A stretch of DNA of 64,000 nt from Cenococcum geophilum (taxonomy: Eukaryota): assembly GCA_050273025.1 (NCBI GenBank), contig CP158636.1, positions 4,030,001 through 4,094,000 on the forward strand. Direction: 5' to 3'. Below, one piece after another: positions 10,890 to 24,401 of the stretch (positions within the stretch are counted from its first letter, which is position 1; each line of letters starts with the position of its first letter). Below the pieces are notes generated by a model. That model was not told the origin of the DNA. It worked only from the letters and a program-made list of their open reading frames with translations, and did not search any database. Position numbers and translations under genes: made by a program.

Positions 10890-13800
10890 TCGTTTATAAG
10901 TAATTGCTACTGCCTCTGTGTAAAATCTTCTTATTATACCTCTTTAGTCTTACTTATAGATAACTAAAATCGTTTTATATTAAACCTACGTTTAAATATA
11001 AGCCCTAAAAGCTTCTTAACTTATGAGATTACTATATAGGTTAGCCCGGCTATTTTATCCTTTTCCTTAATATCTAGAACTACCTAGTTAAGTATTAGGC
11101 CCTAGCTTTTATATACGGTAAGAGCAAAAGCTAGAGTAATTAGAAATTAACGCCATAAGTAAGAGCCTTTTATACCCTCTTACTTATAAAGCACGGAAAA
11201 TATAGGGATAACTTTCTTACTATCCTGCCGAGTAAATAGGGCAGGTCCGTTATACCTATCTACTGTAATTAGTAGTGACTAAGGCTGATCCTTTTTAATA
11301 TCCGCGTGTCCCTTCTATATAATATCTTTAACTATACTAGTAGTACCATTTACTAAGCCTAGTTTAACCCAGATATTTTATATTAGCATTACTTTCGCGC
11401 TAATATATAGGGCTAGATTCTCTATAGTATTGCACTAATTAGAAGTAACTTTCCGTATACCTACACTAGTGTTAACTAATTTAATAGCCACTACTGGCTG
11501 TAAAAGGTCGCGAAGCCGAATAGCGTTATACTTACCTATAGCAGCGCGTGTGCTATATAGCCGAATTACGTTATTAAAGCCCGTAACCTTATTAGTAGAT
11601 AGGCCCTACTTATACCTAGTTAAAAAAAGCTTCTAGGTTAAATTACTTACAGAATCACTACGTAGCTTTATAAAGGCGGTCCTAAATATAGAGCTCTTAG
11701 CGTTATTACCGCCCTACTGTATAACTTGATCTAGGACAGCTGTTTAGTTAATTACCTTATAGGCTCCCTTTCTGTGGCTAGCGAGCTCTAACGGCCTAGT
11801 AAGTAGATTGCTGTATAAGGCCGCCTAACCTACAGGGGGAAGCTAATAGAAATTGCCTACTAGCAAGATGTTTAAGCCTCTAAAGTAGTTATTATTACGC
11901 GTAGGGTAAATCTAACGGAGGCGGTGATTAATCTAGGCCAGATGTACTTGCCCAATTATAGATTTCTTATTAAGGATAAGATAGTAAATATCCTTAAAAG
12001 CTTATTGTAGAGGCATAAAACTAGCAGTAGGTAATTTCTTAAACGGATGATTTACTGGCAACCTTAATAGATTATATATAGTTCTGCCGTTAATACTAAA
12101 GGCAGCTACCCCAATAGGGGTAGCTTAAGCTAATGGTAACGGCTTGCTATTAGCCCTTGCTATATTACAGAGCGTAATAAAAAAGACAGTAATAAAATAT
12201 AATTTACCGGTTCCTACCTCTCTATTAACGTTAATCCGTAGTGGGGGGAGGGCTAAGGCCCGCTTGGATCTGCCTATAGTAATTAACTATAATATTATAG
12301 ATATAACGCTAACCTAGTTATAAGGAGGACGGAGTTGCTATTTAGGATAGGCGGCTTTACGGTAGAGGCTGTAGCCGTGCTTTCTACTAATAAGTCCTTT
12401 TATTACGCTGCGGGTACGTACCCTAATACGTACTTTAGTCGTAGTTGTAATTAAGCTCCCTATTACTAAGCCTGTTAGGATCCTTAATTTTAACTCTATT
12501 AGTATTTTAAACGCGGGCATACAGAGCCTTAAAGGACTGGTATAGCTCCAAGTCGTCTACAAAATCGCCCTTAAACTTATTAATATTATTAGCAGTTTTA
12601 TAACCTTCCTCTAGTTTCTAATTATAGAAGTAGTTAGGTAGGTGCTAATAAGAGTTAATATAAGCCTAATAGGAAGCTATATAATTAGGGGCCCTAAATC
12701 TATTAGTATAAGCAGCTACTTCCTTATACTCCCTCTACGGGTAATAAAGAATAAGCTTTACACGGTAGAACTTAAAATACTACGGATAGGAACGATTGCC
12801 GTTATATTGCGGAAAGTATAATATAACTTAAGGCCTTACTCTTAGCCAACTCTTATAAGTAGAGTAATTAAAATAGAGTAGAAAATTAAGGAAAGTAACG
12901 TCCTATACCCTATCTGGGCGGCGCTTATATTTTTTATAGTTAGACAGTCCGCACCCACTTAGTTGCCCATTATTAAGCTTATATATAGCGCTTTAATTGT
13001 CCTCCTAGTGGTAGTCTAAAGTTACTATATTTCTAGAGCCTTTATAAAGGGGAATATTAAGAAGCAAATGGCATACTTTCTAAGCTAACTAATTACGTTT
13101 AGCAATAAGCTTGTTTATAAACCTAGCCACAACCAAACTAAAGGCATAAAGGCTATTAGCGTACGGCTATACTAATTAGAGTAACTCCTAGTAGGAAGTC
13201 AACCTTTTCTCTTTCTTGCTGTAATACTTACCTATATAGTTAACTATTACTAATACGCTTATAGCGGGTAATATATTAATATTTGATATCCACGCTAATA
13301 TTATAGCTGCATTATAACTATTAAGAAGCTTATCATTATGCTGTGGACAGAACGTCTAGTAATATAGATTTTAATCCTTTAATACAGCGGCCTTATTATA
13401 AAGAGATTGTGAAAAATAGAAGCGGCATTCCTTTGCTCTAGTAGAGCCTTTCTTTAACCTTAAGCAGTAAGATTCGGTGCAATTGCGGTGCCGTTAAAAT
13501 CGATTAAGGTAGGCAGTAAGAAGCTTACTAGTATTAAGCTGTTCTTTATAGCTAAGAGCAGAAGGATATTAGAGATCGGGAGGTCTAGATCGATTAGGAT
13601 TAATTATAGATATAAAAGTAGCCTAGTACTTAGTAAAAGCCGCCCTTGATTTAATAGCTAACGGATTTAGCTTTGGGGCTATTAAACTCCATAAGAAGCT
13701 ATATATATAGCCGCTACCTTATACCTACCACTTATATCAAGACCAAAAGTTAGTACTATTAAATAGGCCTATAAGCACGTGCTTCCTAAACAGATCGAAG

Positions 13801-15560
13801 CGGCGATGCAGCCAGTAAGCAGTAATATGTAGATTATCGTTAAGATTCTAAGAAGCAATCTGGTAGCGTTAAGCCTTATTAGCAGCCTTATATTCGTTAA
13901 ATAGAGGTATATAAGAGTATAGATTATGCTAATATAGATTAGCAGCGCAAAGTATAAAGAATAGAGACCCGCTCTTAATATTCTTAGTATAAGCCGTAAG
14001 CTTATTTCTCTTATGCCTCTAATAAGGTCTAGTGCCCTTAAGGTTCTATATATACCGTATAATCTTATTTAGTAACTAGCTACCCCTATTGCTATTTATA
14101 AGATTACTAAGCTTATTTAAAAATAAACTATTCTTATCTAATCGGCTATAGAGAAAGTAGGTGGCGTTAAGGGCTTGCTCTCTTATAATTTAATTAAACA
14201 CATAGTAGCGAAATAAAGGGTAGCGGCCAAACCGACCGTCCTAATACTTAAGCATATGCTTGGCGTACGCAGCTAGGGTAACCATACGGCTTTGTGGTAT
14301 GTTAAAATCGGCTTTACTATAAGGAAATAGAGTAGGAAAGGCGCTACGCATAATAAAACTAGTTAATCGCTTAAAGAGAGGTGTCTATTATATAGTAGGA
14401 ACCTTTAGGCCCGCTTATAAGTCTTATTAGTATTAAACCTTATAACCCAAAAGCTCTAATTTATTAAGGTTAGGTACTAGATTAGGAACTAAAGTATCTA
14501 GTATATTGTTATTAAATTCGCCATTTAGTATATTACTGCTAAGCTTGGCAAGTAGAGGATTAACAGCAGGACGTTATATAGGAGCAGTAGGGTAAGCCGT
14601 TGGGCCACTAGAATTAGACTTTAACTTATTAATATAAGGTAGCTAATCTAATATAGAGCCATTTTCGGGTAAGCTAGTAAGCTAGGTGCTATATATTTTA
14701 ACGTTACGATAATTAGAATAATTGACCTTTAGAAAGTAAAGCCACTATGCTATAGTAAAGCGCCTTATAGTATACCGCTTAGTAAACCGCCGACTTAGGT
14801 ATTTACTACCCTCTACTACTATAGGCCTTACGACCAGTATATTGAGTTTAGTAGGTAGCCGTGGCAGCTGCCTTTAGGTCTTTAGTATATTTTAGCCAAA
14901 GTAGTAAATATAGCCAGTATAGCGATATTACTGGCCGCGTATATGCACGACTTGTAGATAAACGTATACGCGCGTAATTAGAAGCTCCTCTACCACGGTA
15001 AGTATAGGTAAGAAGCCAGGAACAGGCCCCGGATTAAGCCCGTTGCTATTACTAAATAGGGGAAAAAGGGTTGGATCCTTAAGGCTATCGGCGTCCTTAA
15101 TATAGGCTTTATATACACCTATATTATTACCCTCCGTAGCTAGGCCTATTTGGAACTACCGCTCCTTATAATAACTGCACGTCTTTATATATTTAGCCTA
15201 TAATATACTCCTAAACTTCTTAATTCGCTCCCAATTAATAGCCGAAATAGGTAGTGGTATAGCCGTAGCTAGAGCTTACTATAAGGGAGCTTACCGCAAG
15301 GGAGCTTACCGCGAGGAAGCTTACTATAAAGGAGCTTGCTATAAGGGAGCTTGCCGCAAAGAAGGTAATATTAGTAGTAGAGTAGGTATAGGAGCTAGTT
15401 CCGGCAAGGATGCATTTAGGCCATTTAGAGTGCCTCTTCTACTGTATAGAGCTTTATCTATGGTATATAGCAGAGGAGTAGGCGAGTAAGCTTTACCCCG
15501 CCAATTAAAAATGCAGTGTTCCCGCTATATTGCCCTAATTGTCTTCCGCCGTTAAGCCAT
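10890..15560 (-). pseudogene. Helitron Rep (HUH endonuclease)/PIF1 helicase, RIP-degraded
   Basis: De-RIP motifs: N-terminal NPGPVPGFLP.LT.VEELLI.RV (DUF6570-like), LFFTLSAADLHW, WSRYEWQARGSGHIHGFLW (HUH), HRNCTESYCLR..CRFYF, Walker A INVDGEAGTGKS, APTGVAAF.INGRTIH.LL.LP, YLILDEKSMIG, GDFYQLPPV, LGLVNGT.G and QFP..LAFALT.HKSQG. Confidence 0.95.
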
Positions 15561-15769
15561 TTCGGGGGTATCTTAGCTATTCTAGCCGCGAGGTAGAAAG
15601 GCGTTCTTAGTATCGTTTTTAGGTAGAGCAAGTTACTAGCGCCTTATAGGACGATTCTTAGCAATAAAACCTAACTCTATAAGAGCTCTCCACTTATTTA
15701 AATTATATTTAGACATCGGGAAAATATTCGCAGGATGAGATTCAAGTAGACTTTGGTTTTCGCGTTTCG

Positions 15770-15925
15770 CGTAATTGACATGCAATTTAACCAACTTAAC
15801 ACGTAATTGACCAACTTGACACGCAGTTGACCTACTTAACATGCAATTTAACTAACTCAACACGCAGTTGACCTACTTAACATGCAATTTAACTAACTTG
15901 ATATGCAGTTAACCTACTTAATAAC
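15770..15925. repeat. Tandem ~20-bp repeats (acgcagttgacctacttaac)
   Basis: About 7 degenerate copies upstream of the Rep/Hel start. Confidence 0.75.
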
Positions 15926-16044
15926 TTTAAAAGCTAACTATATATTTCTTAACGTGCGATTAAGGTAAAGTTATATACTATATATTTAACTATTATATAT
16001 AATCTTATACAATCTTATACAATCTCATACAATATTATAGTCTT

Positions 16045-17280
16045 ATTACTTGGAGGCTCTGCACGAGGCTCTATATAAAGCTCTGCGTACAGAGGCTCTG
16101 CACAAAGCTCTGCGCATAGAGGCTCTACACGAAGCTCTACACGAAGCTCTGCGCATAGAGGCTCTGCACAAAGCTCTGCACGAAGCTTCGCATAAGGCTC
16201 TACACGAGGCTCTACACGAAGCTCTGCGTACAGAGGCTCTGCACGAAGCTCTGCACGAAGCTCTGCACGAGGGTCTGCGCGAGGGTCTGCGCGAGGGTCT
16301 GCGCGAAGCTCTGCGTACAGAGGCTCTGCACGAGGCTCTGCGAGAAGCTCTGCGTACAGAGGCTCTGCACGAGGCTCTGCGCGAAGCTCTGCGTACAGAG
16401 GCTCTACACGAAGCTCTGCATCGGGTCCCCGCTATATTCCCGATAGCCTCTACACGTGCCTCTACCCTATGTAGCCACCTTATTTTTTACCCTTCCTTCC
16501 TTCTTTATATCCTCCCTACCTAGGGAGGCACCAGAACGGCAGCCAGCAGAGGACCGTTGCTAGAACTAGACGACCGTCGCCAGAACCAGATGACCGTTAC
16601 CAGAACCAGACGACCATCGCCAGCCAGACGACCGTCGCCAGAACCAGACGACCGTTGCTAGAGCCAGACGATCGTCGCCAGAACCAGACGACCGTCGCCA
16701 GCCAGACGACCGTTACCAGAACCAGACGACCGTCGCCAGCCAGACGACCGTTACCAGAACTAGACGACCGTCGCCAGAACCAGACGACCGTCGCCAGAAC
16801 CAGACAACCGTCGCCAGAGCCAGACGACAACGACTAGCCAGCCAACACTATAAACGATTCGATCGATCGATTGAATTAAGGTAGCACAGACAGGTAGGCA
16901 CAAACAGGTAGATACTAACGGGTAGGTAGATATAGATAGGTAGGTAGATGCAGACAGGTAAGTAGATATAAATAGGCAGGCAGATGCAGATAGGTAAGTA
17001 GATATAGATAGGTAAGTAGATATAGATAGGTAGGTAGATGCTAACGGGTAGGTAGATATAGATAGGTAGATAGATGCAGACAAGTAGATATAAATAGGTA
17101 GGTAGATGTAGATAGGTAAGCAGATATAGATAGGTAGGTAGATGCTAACGGGTAGGTAAATATAGATAGGTAGGTAGATATAGATAGGTAGGCAAATGCA
17201 GACAGGTAGATGTAGATAGGTAGGCGATGCAAATAGGTAGGCGATGTAGGCAGGTAGGTAAGTCAATAGGTAGATAGGTA
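16045..17280 (+). repeat. Composite minisatellite module: a 12-mer array (gcacgaagctct), a ~130-bp unique core, a ~20-mer array (ccagaaccagacgaccgtcg) and an aggtagatatagat array
   Basis: Seen directly. A homologous module occurs in inverted orientation at 28030-28512 plus 34990-35850. Confidence 0.9.
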
Positions 17281-17457
17281 GAAGAGAACCATCGCTATAT
17301 TATATTAAATTATCTAAAATAATAATATTTATTTTGCTAGCCTTATAAATAGCTTTAAAATAGCTTTTATTTATTTAAAATATATTATTAGTATAAAAGA
17401 GGTAAATATAATTATGGTTGCCAAATGCGCAGATTGCTGGTAGGTTGCGCGCAGGCT

Positions 17458-20400
17458 TGTTGGAATTACAAGGTCATAAGGTCACAGCGGAGCAGTCTTG
17501 AGGGTCTATTTAATGATAGAGATGACGCAGACGATAATATTGATTGATTCGTGATGCAGTAGATGCGGTTGATGTCTATGTAGATTACATGAGGACTTCG
17601 ACCTTATGACGTGTCCAGAGCTTAGTCAGCACCCCCATCGCTAATTCTGACACTCCCCCATGCTAACGACGCTCTGCTCGTCTGTCCCAAATAGGCAATT
17701 ATAAAGCTATTCCTAAATGCCTTATAAGCGCCATTCGGCCTACGTATAGAGGGAAAACCTATAGTAGGCGAAAAACCTCCGTAACTTGCTCCGTCAGTTG
17801 CTCCGTCAGTTACTAATTCCTAGCGTTATACAGTGCTTCGTAAATTGGTCAATCGGTAGCTGTTTCGTGTTGTACAGAAGGTTGACTATACCCTTACTGT
17901 TATAGTAGAGCGTAGGGATAAAAGGGTTGTCGTTATCTCTCTTGTCTCTCTCCCCTAGATCTCTCGTTAGCTTTTTAAGCTATACTACTAACCTTACTCC
18001 TTCTAACGCTGCCATGATCTCTGCTTCTATTGAACTTAATACCATCAACTTCTGTCTTTAAGCTATCCAGATCACTGCTCCCCCATAGCGTACAACTGCT
18101 ATACCCTAGAATGATATCCGATCGTGTTCTATTCCCTACATAGCATTAGTAAAGATACTATAGCTAGTAGGTAGGTTAGCCAACGTAAGCTTGCATAGAG
18201 GAAGGTAAATCTTTTAATTTAAGAAGGTAATTCCAGTTTTGAGAGTGCCGTTTAGATATCATAGTAGCTGCTTGCTTAAACGGTAATGCAATTTTCCTAG
18301 TGCTGCCATAAACCTAGCTAGCTAACCGACAGCATAGCTAGTATTAGGACGCGTGTAGTTTAAGAGGTAGATTATAGAGCCAATAATTTATCGGTATACC
18401 GTCGCGTCGTCGTACTTAAGGAGACTTTTAATATTAGGTTTCAGAACAGTACCAGCTAGTATCGGTAGCTTAGCCGGATTGCAGTTGTCTATTTTTAGCC
18501 GTTTAAGTAGCTTCTTAGTATACATCGTCTGATGTAGCTTAAGGGTTCGGTTTATACGATCTCAATTGATTTGGAAGCCTATAAATACTTCTATAGGACT
18601 TAGGTCTTTACATCTACAATTAGTATATTATTAACGAGTAATAAGATATATACTTTATTTCCATCTAAAGCCATTCTCTTGGTGCCTGCTTTCTTACAGC
18701 AACGGCTTAGCTGCTACCTTCGCCATTAGGAACCTAAAGGTGTTGTATTGTATAATAGACGCAAATGTCTCGAAATAGTTAATATTGGGGGTCTGCTTGT
18801 CTCCCTAAATGCATAGTCTTATCTTCTTGCGAATTACTTCTCCCTTAGCGTTGTACTTATTTAGGAGTAACAACCTTCCTTCTAGTACTCTCCCCCTTAT
18901 AATAGTATAGGTGTGTAGTCTCTTTAGTACGGGCGTCCTACCCTTAGTATTACCTTGCAGATTTAAGCGTCCTACTTAATCTTAACCTAGGCTTCCTACT
19001 TAATCTAAGCGGCCTACTCGGTCTTAACCTAGGCTTCCCACTTGGCTTAAGTGGCCCACTTAGTTACTATCTGGCCTACTCGTAGTTCCCGCTACTGGAG
19101 TCTTTATTAGCACTTAGTCTTAACCTAGGCTTCCCACTTAATTTAAGCGGCCCACTTAATCACTATCTTGCCTACTCGCAGTTCTCGCAACTAGAGTCTC
19201 TATTAGCGCGTTTAAGGTAGTAGGGGGAGGTCTAGGTCGGTTTGGAGCTTAGCTTATAGTGTAATTTAAGTGTCCCGCTTAATCTTAATCTAAGCGTCCC
19301 GCTTAATCTTAACCTGGGCTTCCCACTCGATCTAAGCGGCCTACTCAGTTACCCTGTCTCGTAGCTTGCTTATAGTATGTACCTAACGTGCTCTATAAGG
19401 GAACCTATACTTATTATAAGTATAGCACGTTTAGGGTTAGGGTAGGTAGATTGAATTGCTATTGAATTCTTCCTTAGCTATTGCTATATTCCCTGCTTCC
19501 TCTACCTTAGAAGTACCTTGATTTTTCTTCTTAGCGTTATTAAATCGGAATTATTTAAGCAGGGGATAGTCTTCCTAGTAGTGGCCTTCCTAATAGTATA
19601 CTCTGTACTTGTCTTTTTATAGTAGCCTTGGCTCCTTGCTATAGCTGTAGCTCTTACCTACTCGAGATGATAAGCTATGGCGATGACGTAATAAGGAATA
19701 ATCAAATCTACTAGCACGACCTCTGCCCCTTGTTTAACCTTGGTTTCCCCTTCTCCCCCTAGGTTCGTCTTTCCTCTCTTATATAAGTGCTGCATTTGGT
19801 ACCTATATAGGGCGAGCAGTCTTATGCTTTTGAAGAAGGGTAATGTAACTCTTAAGGTCTTGTTTGTCTCGTAGACACTAGGTCTTTATATTCTGCCACG
19901 TAATATCGCTTAGGAGGGCCAAGAGAAGCTACTCTTTAATATCGTCGTTGGTAAGTGCTTAAGATGTTAAAGCTAGATTAATCTTAAATTGATTTAGTAT
20001 ATAGATAAACTTAACAATTTATATCTTCTCTGGGTTGAATGTAGTGCTATAGAACTCTCTGCGAAGTCTAGATATATAGACCTCGTCTTTAGCCTTATTA
20101 AACTTCTTTATTCCTTTTTACATTCCTTAAATATCGTACGCCTTTATTATTGTACGCATCTCTTCCTGACGGTCGTCTCCTATCGAATTATAGATAATCT
20201 TGTTTACTTCCCCTTATCTTCTTCTTCCGTCAGCTAAATTGACTTGATTTGGGTCCTCTGCACTAGTGATAAAATCCTAGCTCTCTGATATAATTAGGGC
20301 TGCCTTGCAGGTGCGCTCCTAGTCTGCAAAGTTGTCTCTATTGAAAATAACGATTTTGCCTACCTTATGATCGTACGTAGGTGTTGTTGAGGTTGAGGTA

Positions 20401-20666
20401 GAGGAGGTCATTTTCGGGGGTCGATTTTTAAGTCAGGAGGTAGGAGAGATTTGCTACCCAGGTTTATAACCTGTTGGAATTACAAGGTTATAAGGTCACA
20501 GTAGAGCAGTCTTGAGGGTCTATTTAATGATAGAGATGACGCAGACGATGATATTAATTGATTCGTGATGCAGTAGATGCGGTTAATGTCTATGTAGATT
20601 GCATGAGGACTTCGACCTCACGACGTGTCCAGAGCTTAGTCAGCACCCCCATCGCTAATTCTGACA
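17458..20666 (-). mobile_element. Ty1/copia LTR retrotransposon, internally deleted (3.2 kb)
   Basis: 195-bp LTRs TGTTGG...TGACA at 17458-17652 and 20472-20666, with 5-bp TSD AGGCT. On the - strand there is a PBS-like GGTTATAAACC (RIPed GGTTATGAGCC) and a PPT TGGGGGAG. Gag starts MTSSTSTSTTPTYDHKVGKIVIF. RT remnants (K.RLCI.GDKQTP.I.YFETFAS) and RNase H remnants are present; no integrase was seen. Confidence 0.9.
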
Positions 20667-21699
20667 AGGCTGCGCGCAGGCTGCGTGTCAAAAAAACACG
20701 ACATAGGCTAGTCGGTCGAGTTGCCAAATGCCCTCAACTGCGCGCCAATTGCGTCAACCACTAACCATTGAGGCCATTTAAAGGGTACCATATTTTGCTG
20801 ATAGAGATCTAGAAAAGTAAGTAAAAGTAGAAGTAGTATATAGGGAAGACGCGCCTTTAACTAATATAACTAATATAGCTTTAAAAGCTTTTTTAAAGGG
20901 CCGTCTTTAACAAAGTTAAAGCGGGGCTTATGGATATAGCACTTGCTGCACTTAATTATAGTAAGATCTGCTATATTTACTATATATATAGTAGTATTAA
21001 TAAAGGTTAATAAAAAGGAACGTGCTAAGATATTTTAATGTTTATAATATTTTAATATTTATTACGTAAATTCTACCATAACTTACCGCGCGCGCTTTTT
21101 TTTCTAACTAATTAGAAGTCTACTTTCTAACTAATTAGAAGCTAGCTTGGCGGGGTTTAAATTCTAGGACCCCTAACCCGAAAATATAGACCACTCGTAC
21201 CTCGGGTCAATAATATTTAGTATAGTTGATTAAAAAGCTTTAATATTGTCGCCGTCTATTTGATTATTAAATTATTACTAAAATATCGTCCTTCTGCCGC
21301 CTAAAACTTATTAATATTAAGAATGCGTATAAAGCGGATAGGTTATGTGATTAATTAGAACGGGGAATAGGTCCATCCTTATAAATCAGACGCTCCGTAG
21401 TAGAATTTTAACCAAACTTAGTTAGATCAGCATGTGCATAGTTACGGGGCAGGCACGCTAGAAAATCGCTTATATCTGCTCCCTATATTTTAAAATTCTT
21501 TAACAGAGCGTCTGAGAGCTTATGGGCGTCGCTTTGGTGAGAAATAAATGTTTTAAAAATCAAATTTTGTATATTTCTACGAGCGACGTCCTAACCACGA
21601 GAATTATTATATATTTTATTAATGTAATAGATTCTTTAGGTAATCGTATCTATATATTTATAAATTATAACCCTTTACTAAGAATATGTAAGGGATATT

Positions 21700-24401
21700 A
21701 TTGCGGTCACCTTAGGTTGCCCTTAAGACAACCCCTAAACGCCCCTTAGATAGTCGCCGGTCACGTGCCAGAGGCACGTGCCCGTAGTATATAGTCTCTA
21801 CAATCCTAGAGGCCTTACCTCCTTAAAGATTCGTCTCTTTTACCAATCTATCCTATTCCACAATTGTATTCTTATAGCCCCCTATTTACAAAATCCCCTT
21901 ACATTTAAATCCTTCCTACTCTTTTTTGGAAAGGTAGTTGGCTTTAAGGACTAGATTATTTATTTACATCTTTTATTTATAACTACTATTCTCCCTTAAA
22001 ATCTTGTAATAACCTAAATAGAAACTCCACGGATACCTTATAGAAAGCCGTTACGTAAAGGCAGGAAGGTCCCTCTAATAGCGAGAGATTGCGATAATAT
22101 AACCCTTTAGGTAAGACGGCCGAATAAGCCCTAATACCTAGATACTCTAGGAGCTTAAAAACTCTTATATACCTATTGTCATGCGATGCGCTACCTATAC
22201 CTGCGGTATGGGCTGGAGAGCTTATAAGGCATTCCAACCGGCAGCCCGTCCAGTTGCGAGACACTGCTGCTACCTTTTTGGAGGTTTGTGTGGCCAGGTG
22301 GGTTGGAGCCTTGGGCATAACACCTATAGTTACCGCTAAGGAAAATATAAATACCCTCTATAACGGTTATAATACTGCTAAAAAGCAGCCGGAACCCCTC
22401 TAGCCCTACTTAGGCTAATTAAAAGATTAAGCGCTAGAGGCGACTTTAAGATCTTCCCTTAAGCTAGAAATGCTAGAGGAATATATTAATATATCTAACT
22501 AGGGAACTAACTAGAACCCTCCTAGAAGACTACTAGCCTATAATTAGTATAGTAGCGGTATATAGACTGCTTATAAGCTAAGTAGGCCTACCCCTTTAGG
22601 TAATCTAAGCTAATTACTAACTTAAGACCCAAGCCTCGTTGGGAAGCCTATACTAGCTACTAGTACTAATACTACCTCTATAACAGGAGCCTCCTTAGGC
22701 CCAAGTTTAGAAGGTTAAAAGCCCTATACTAATCTCCTTTAAGACGGATATTAAGAAGCTGTTATAAGGCTCTTAGAAGCTATGCGGGAGAAAGCCACTA
22801 ATAAATATATTAGAACCCTTTAAGGGCAAATCTATATCTAGTAGGGTTTAATTTAAGCTAGGTAAATTCTTTTATAACCTAGTTAAGGCTAAGGGCTCCT
22901 TAAGAGCTACTTAATACCTACCTAAAGAGCTATAAAAAACTTAGAGAGCTATCTATACTATAAATAGAAAAAGGATATAGACTAACTAGCTAAGGCCTCT
23001 AGTAGTTTAGAACTCCGCCATAAACCTAACGCCCAGTAGTTAGATAATTGGGTTTATAAGGTAGATAACTTTTTTAAGATGCTAATAATACAAGATAATA
23101 CTAAAGAGCGTATATACTAGATTATTAGTAAGATTAAAGACCAATTACTAAACTAGATTATACTTAATTAGCTTAATAAAGAGCAAATTACTATATAGCC
23201 ATAGCTATAAACCTTAAAGAAATGGACTTAAGATCTATATATTATATAATATAATAATATAAAGCTATTCTAGAATGGAATATAGCTTAACCGCTATAAC
23301 TTCTACCAGTTTATAAACTTTATAGAAACTTATACTTAATAGATAGATCTAGAGCCCTTTAAAAATAAGAACAGTAGCATTTATAAAAAGGAGAAGATTA
23401 GGTTTATCTAGGCTAGAATAAAGCTAGTAATTTATAATAAAATAAAGCGCGTAGGAGCCCTATTGCGGATTACTATATATATAGATTTTAAATGAGTAGT
23501 TCTAAACGCTAAAAATACGGTAAGAAATTAGACCTTTTTTAGTAGGAAGCTGGGGGGTTACTAGAAGCGTAGGCACTCTAGTAGTAATATAGGGCAGACC
23601 TAACCTTTAAAGAAGCCGTTCTTAAAGAGAACCATAGAAGGGTTAAAGTTAGGAACCTTAAATAATAAGAAAGACTTTTAAGGCTAACCTAATACCTATC
23701 TAATCCTTTATAAGAACACTCTAAGAAGTTAAGAGAAAACTCTAAAGGTAGATCTTATTAGAAAAATAAGTAGGGTAATAACCGCACTAATAATCTAAAA
23801 AAAGAAAAGCCCTAGTAATAGACCTCTCCTAGCTATAACTAGGGTAAGATATAAAAGGAAAGACTCTCTATATTACTATTAAGCTAGAAATAACACTCCC
23901 TATAGGTAAGGTATAATAGTTCTAAGTACTATATAATAGCGGCGCCGAAATTAATCTTATATAATATAATTTAGTAAAAGAGTATAAACTTATCCTATTA
24001 TAAAGGTGGCGGAAACCTATTATAGGCTTTTTAAATAAGTATTAGATTAAGCTATATAGTACCTATAAGCTTATAGTGTTAGTAGCCAATATATATAACC
24101 GCACTAAGGTGGTTAGCCTATAACCCTTTTAGGCGGCTAACTTTATAGGTTATAACCTTATTTTTAGATACCTTTGCCTTATAAAAGCAGATCCTAAAAT
24201 ACGCTTTAAGATAGGAGCCTTTAAATAGTAGAATAATAAAGATTTATAAGGGCGTATATTACTAATAAGCCTAAAAGACATCCTAGAGAATATAGCCCTA
24301 GGTAAAATAGTATACACTTTATACCTAAAGGAGTATTAGATTTAACCCCTATTTAATAATAAAATAGGTATAGAGCCTAATATAGGTAATAACCCCTCTA
24401 T
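21700..24401 (+). mobile_element. Ty3/gypsy element A, 5' part (possible LTR, gag, protease); continues at 48901
   Basis: A RIPed aspartic-protease motif YNSGAEINLI (DSGAEIN) lies at about 23930, followed by YNLIFRYL.L...DPKI.F. A gag-like region lies upstream. The 5' LTR boundary is uncertain. Confidence 0.65.

Larger units (their letters stand above)
7653..21210 (-). mobile_element. Autonomous-type non-canonical Helitron (Helitron2/HLE2-like), RIP-inactivated, containing a nested copia
   Basis: Contains a Rep/PIF1 pseudogene. The 5' terminus (- strand) is TTGACCCGAG at 21210-21201. Its inverted copy at 7686-7695 lies just inside an ACGTTG..CAACGT hairpin and the terminal CCGCATGTT. Both termini are shared with 1955-4426. 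Confidence 0.85.

Noticed and set aside
16560..16830. Regularly spaced ~20-bp repeats resembling a CRISPR array
   Set aside because: The units are contiguous with no unique spacers, there are no cas genes, and the context is eukaryotic with introns and RIP.
16050..17266. ORFs with EALH, PDDRRQNQTT and YLPIYI repeats
   Set aside because: Translations of minisatellites, not recognisable proteins.
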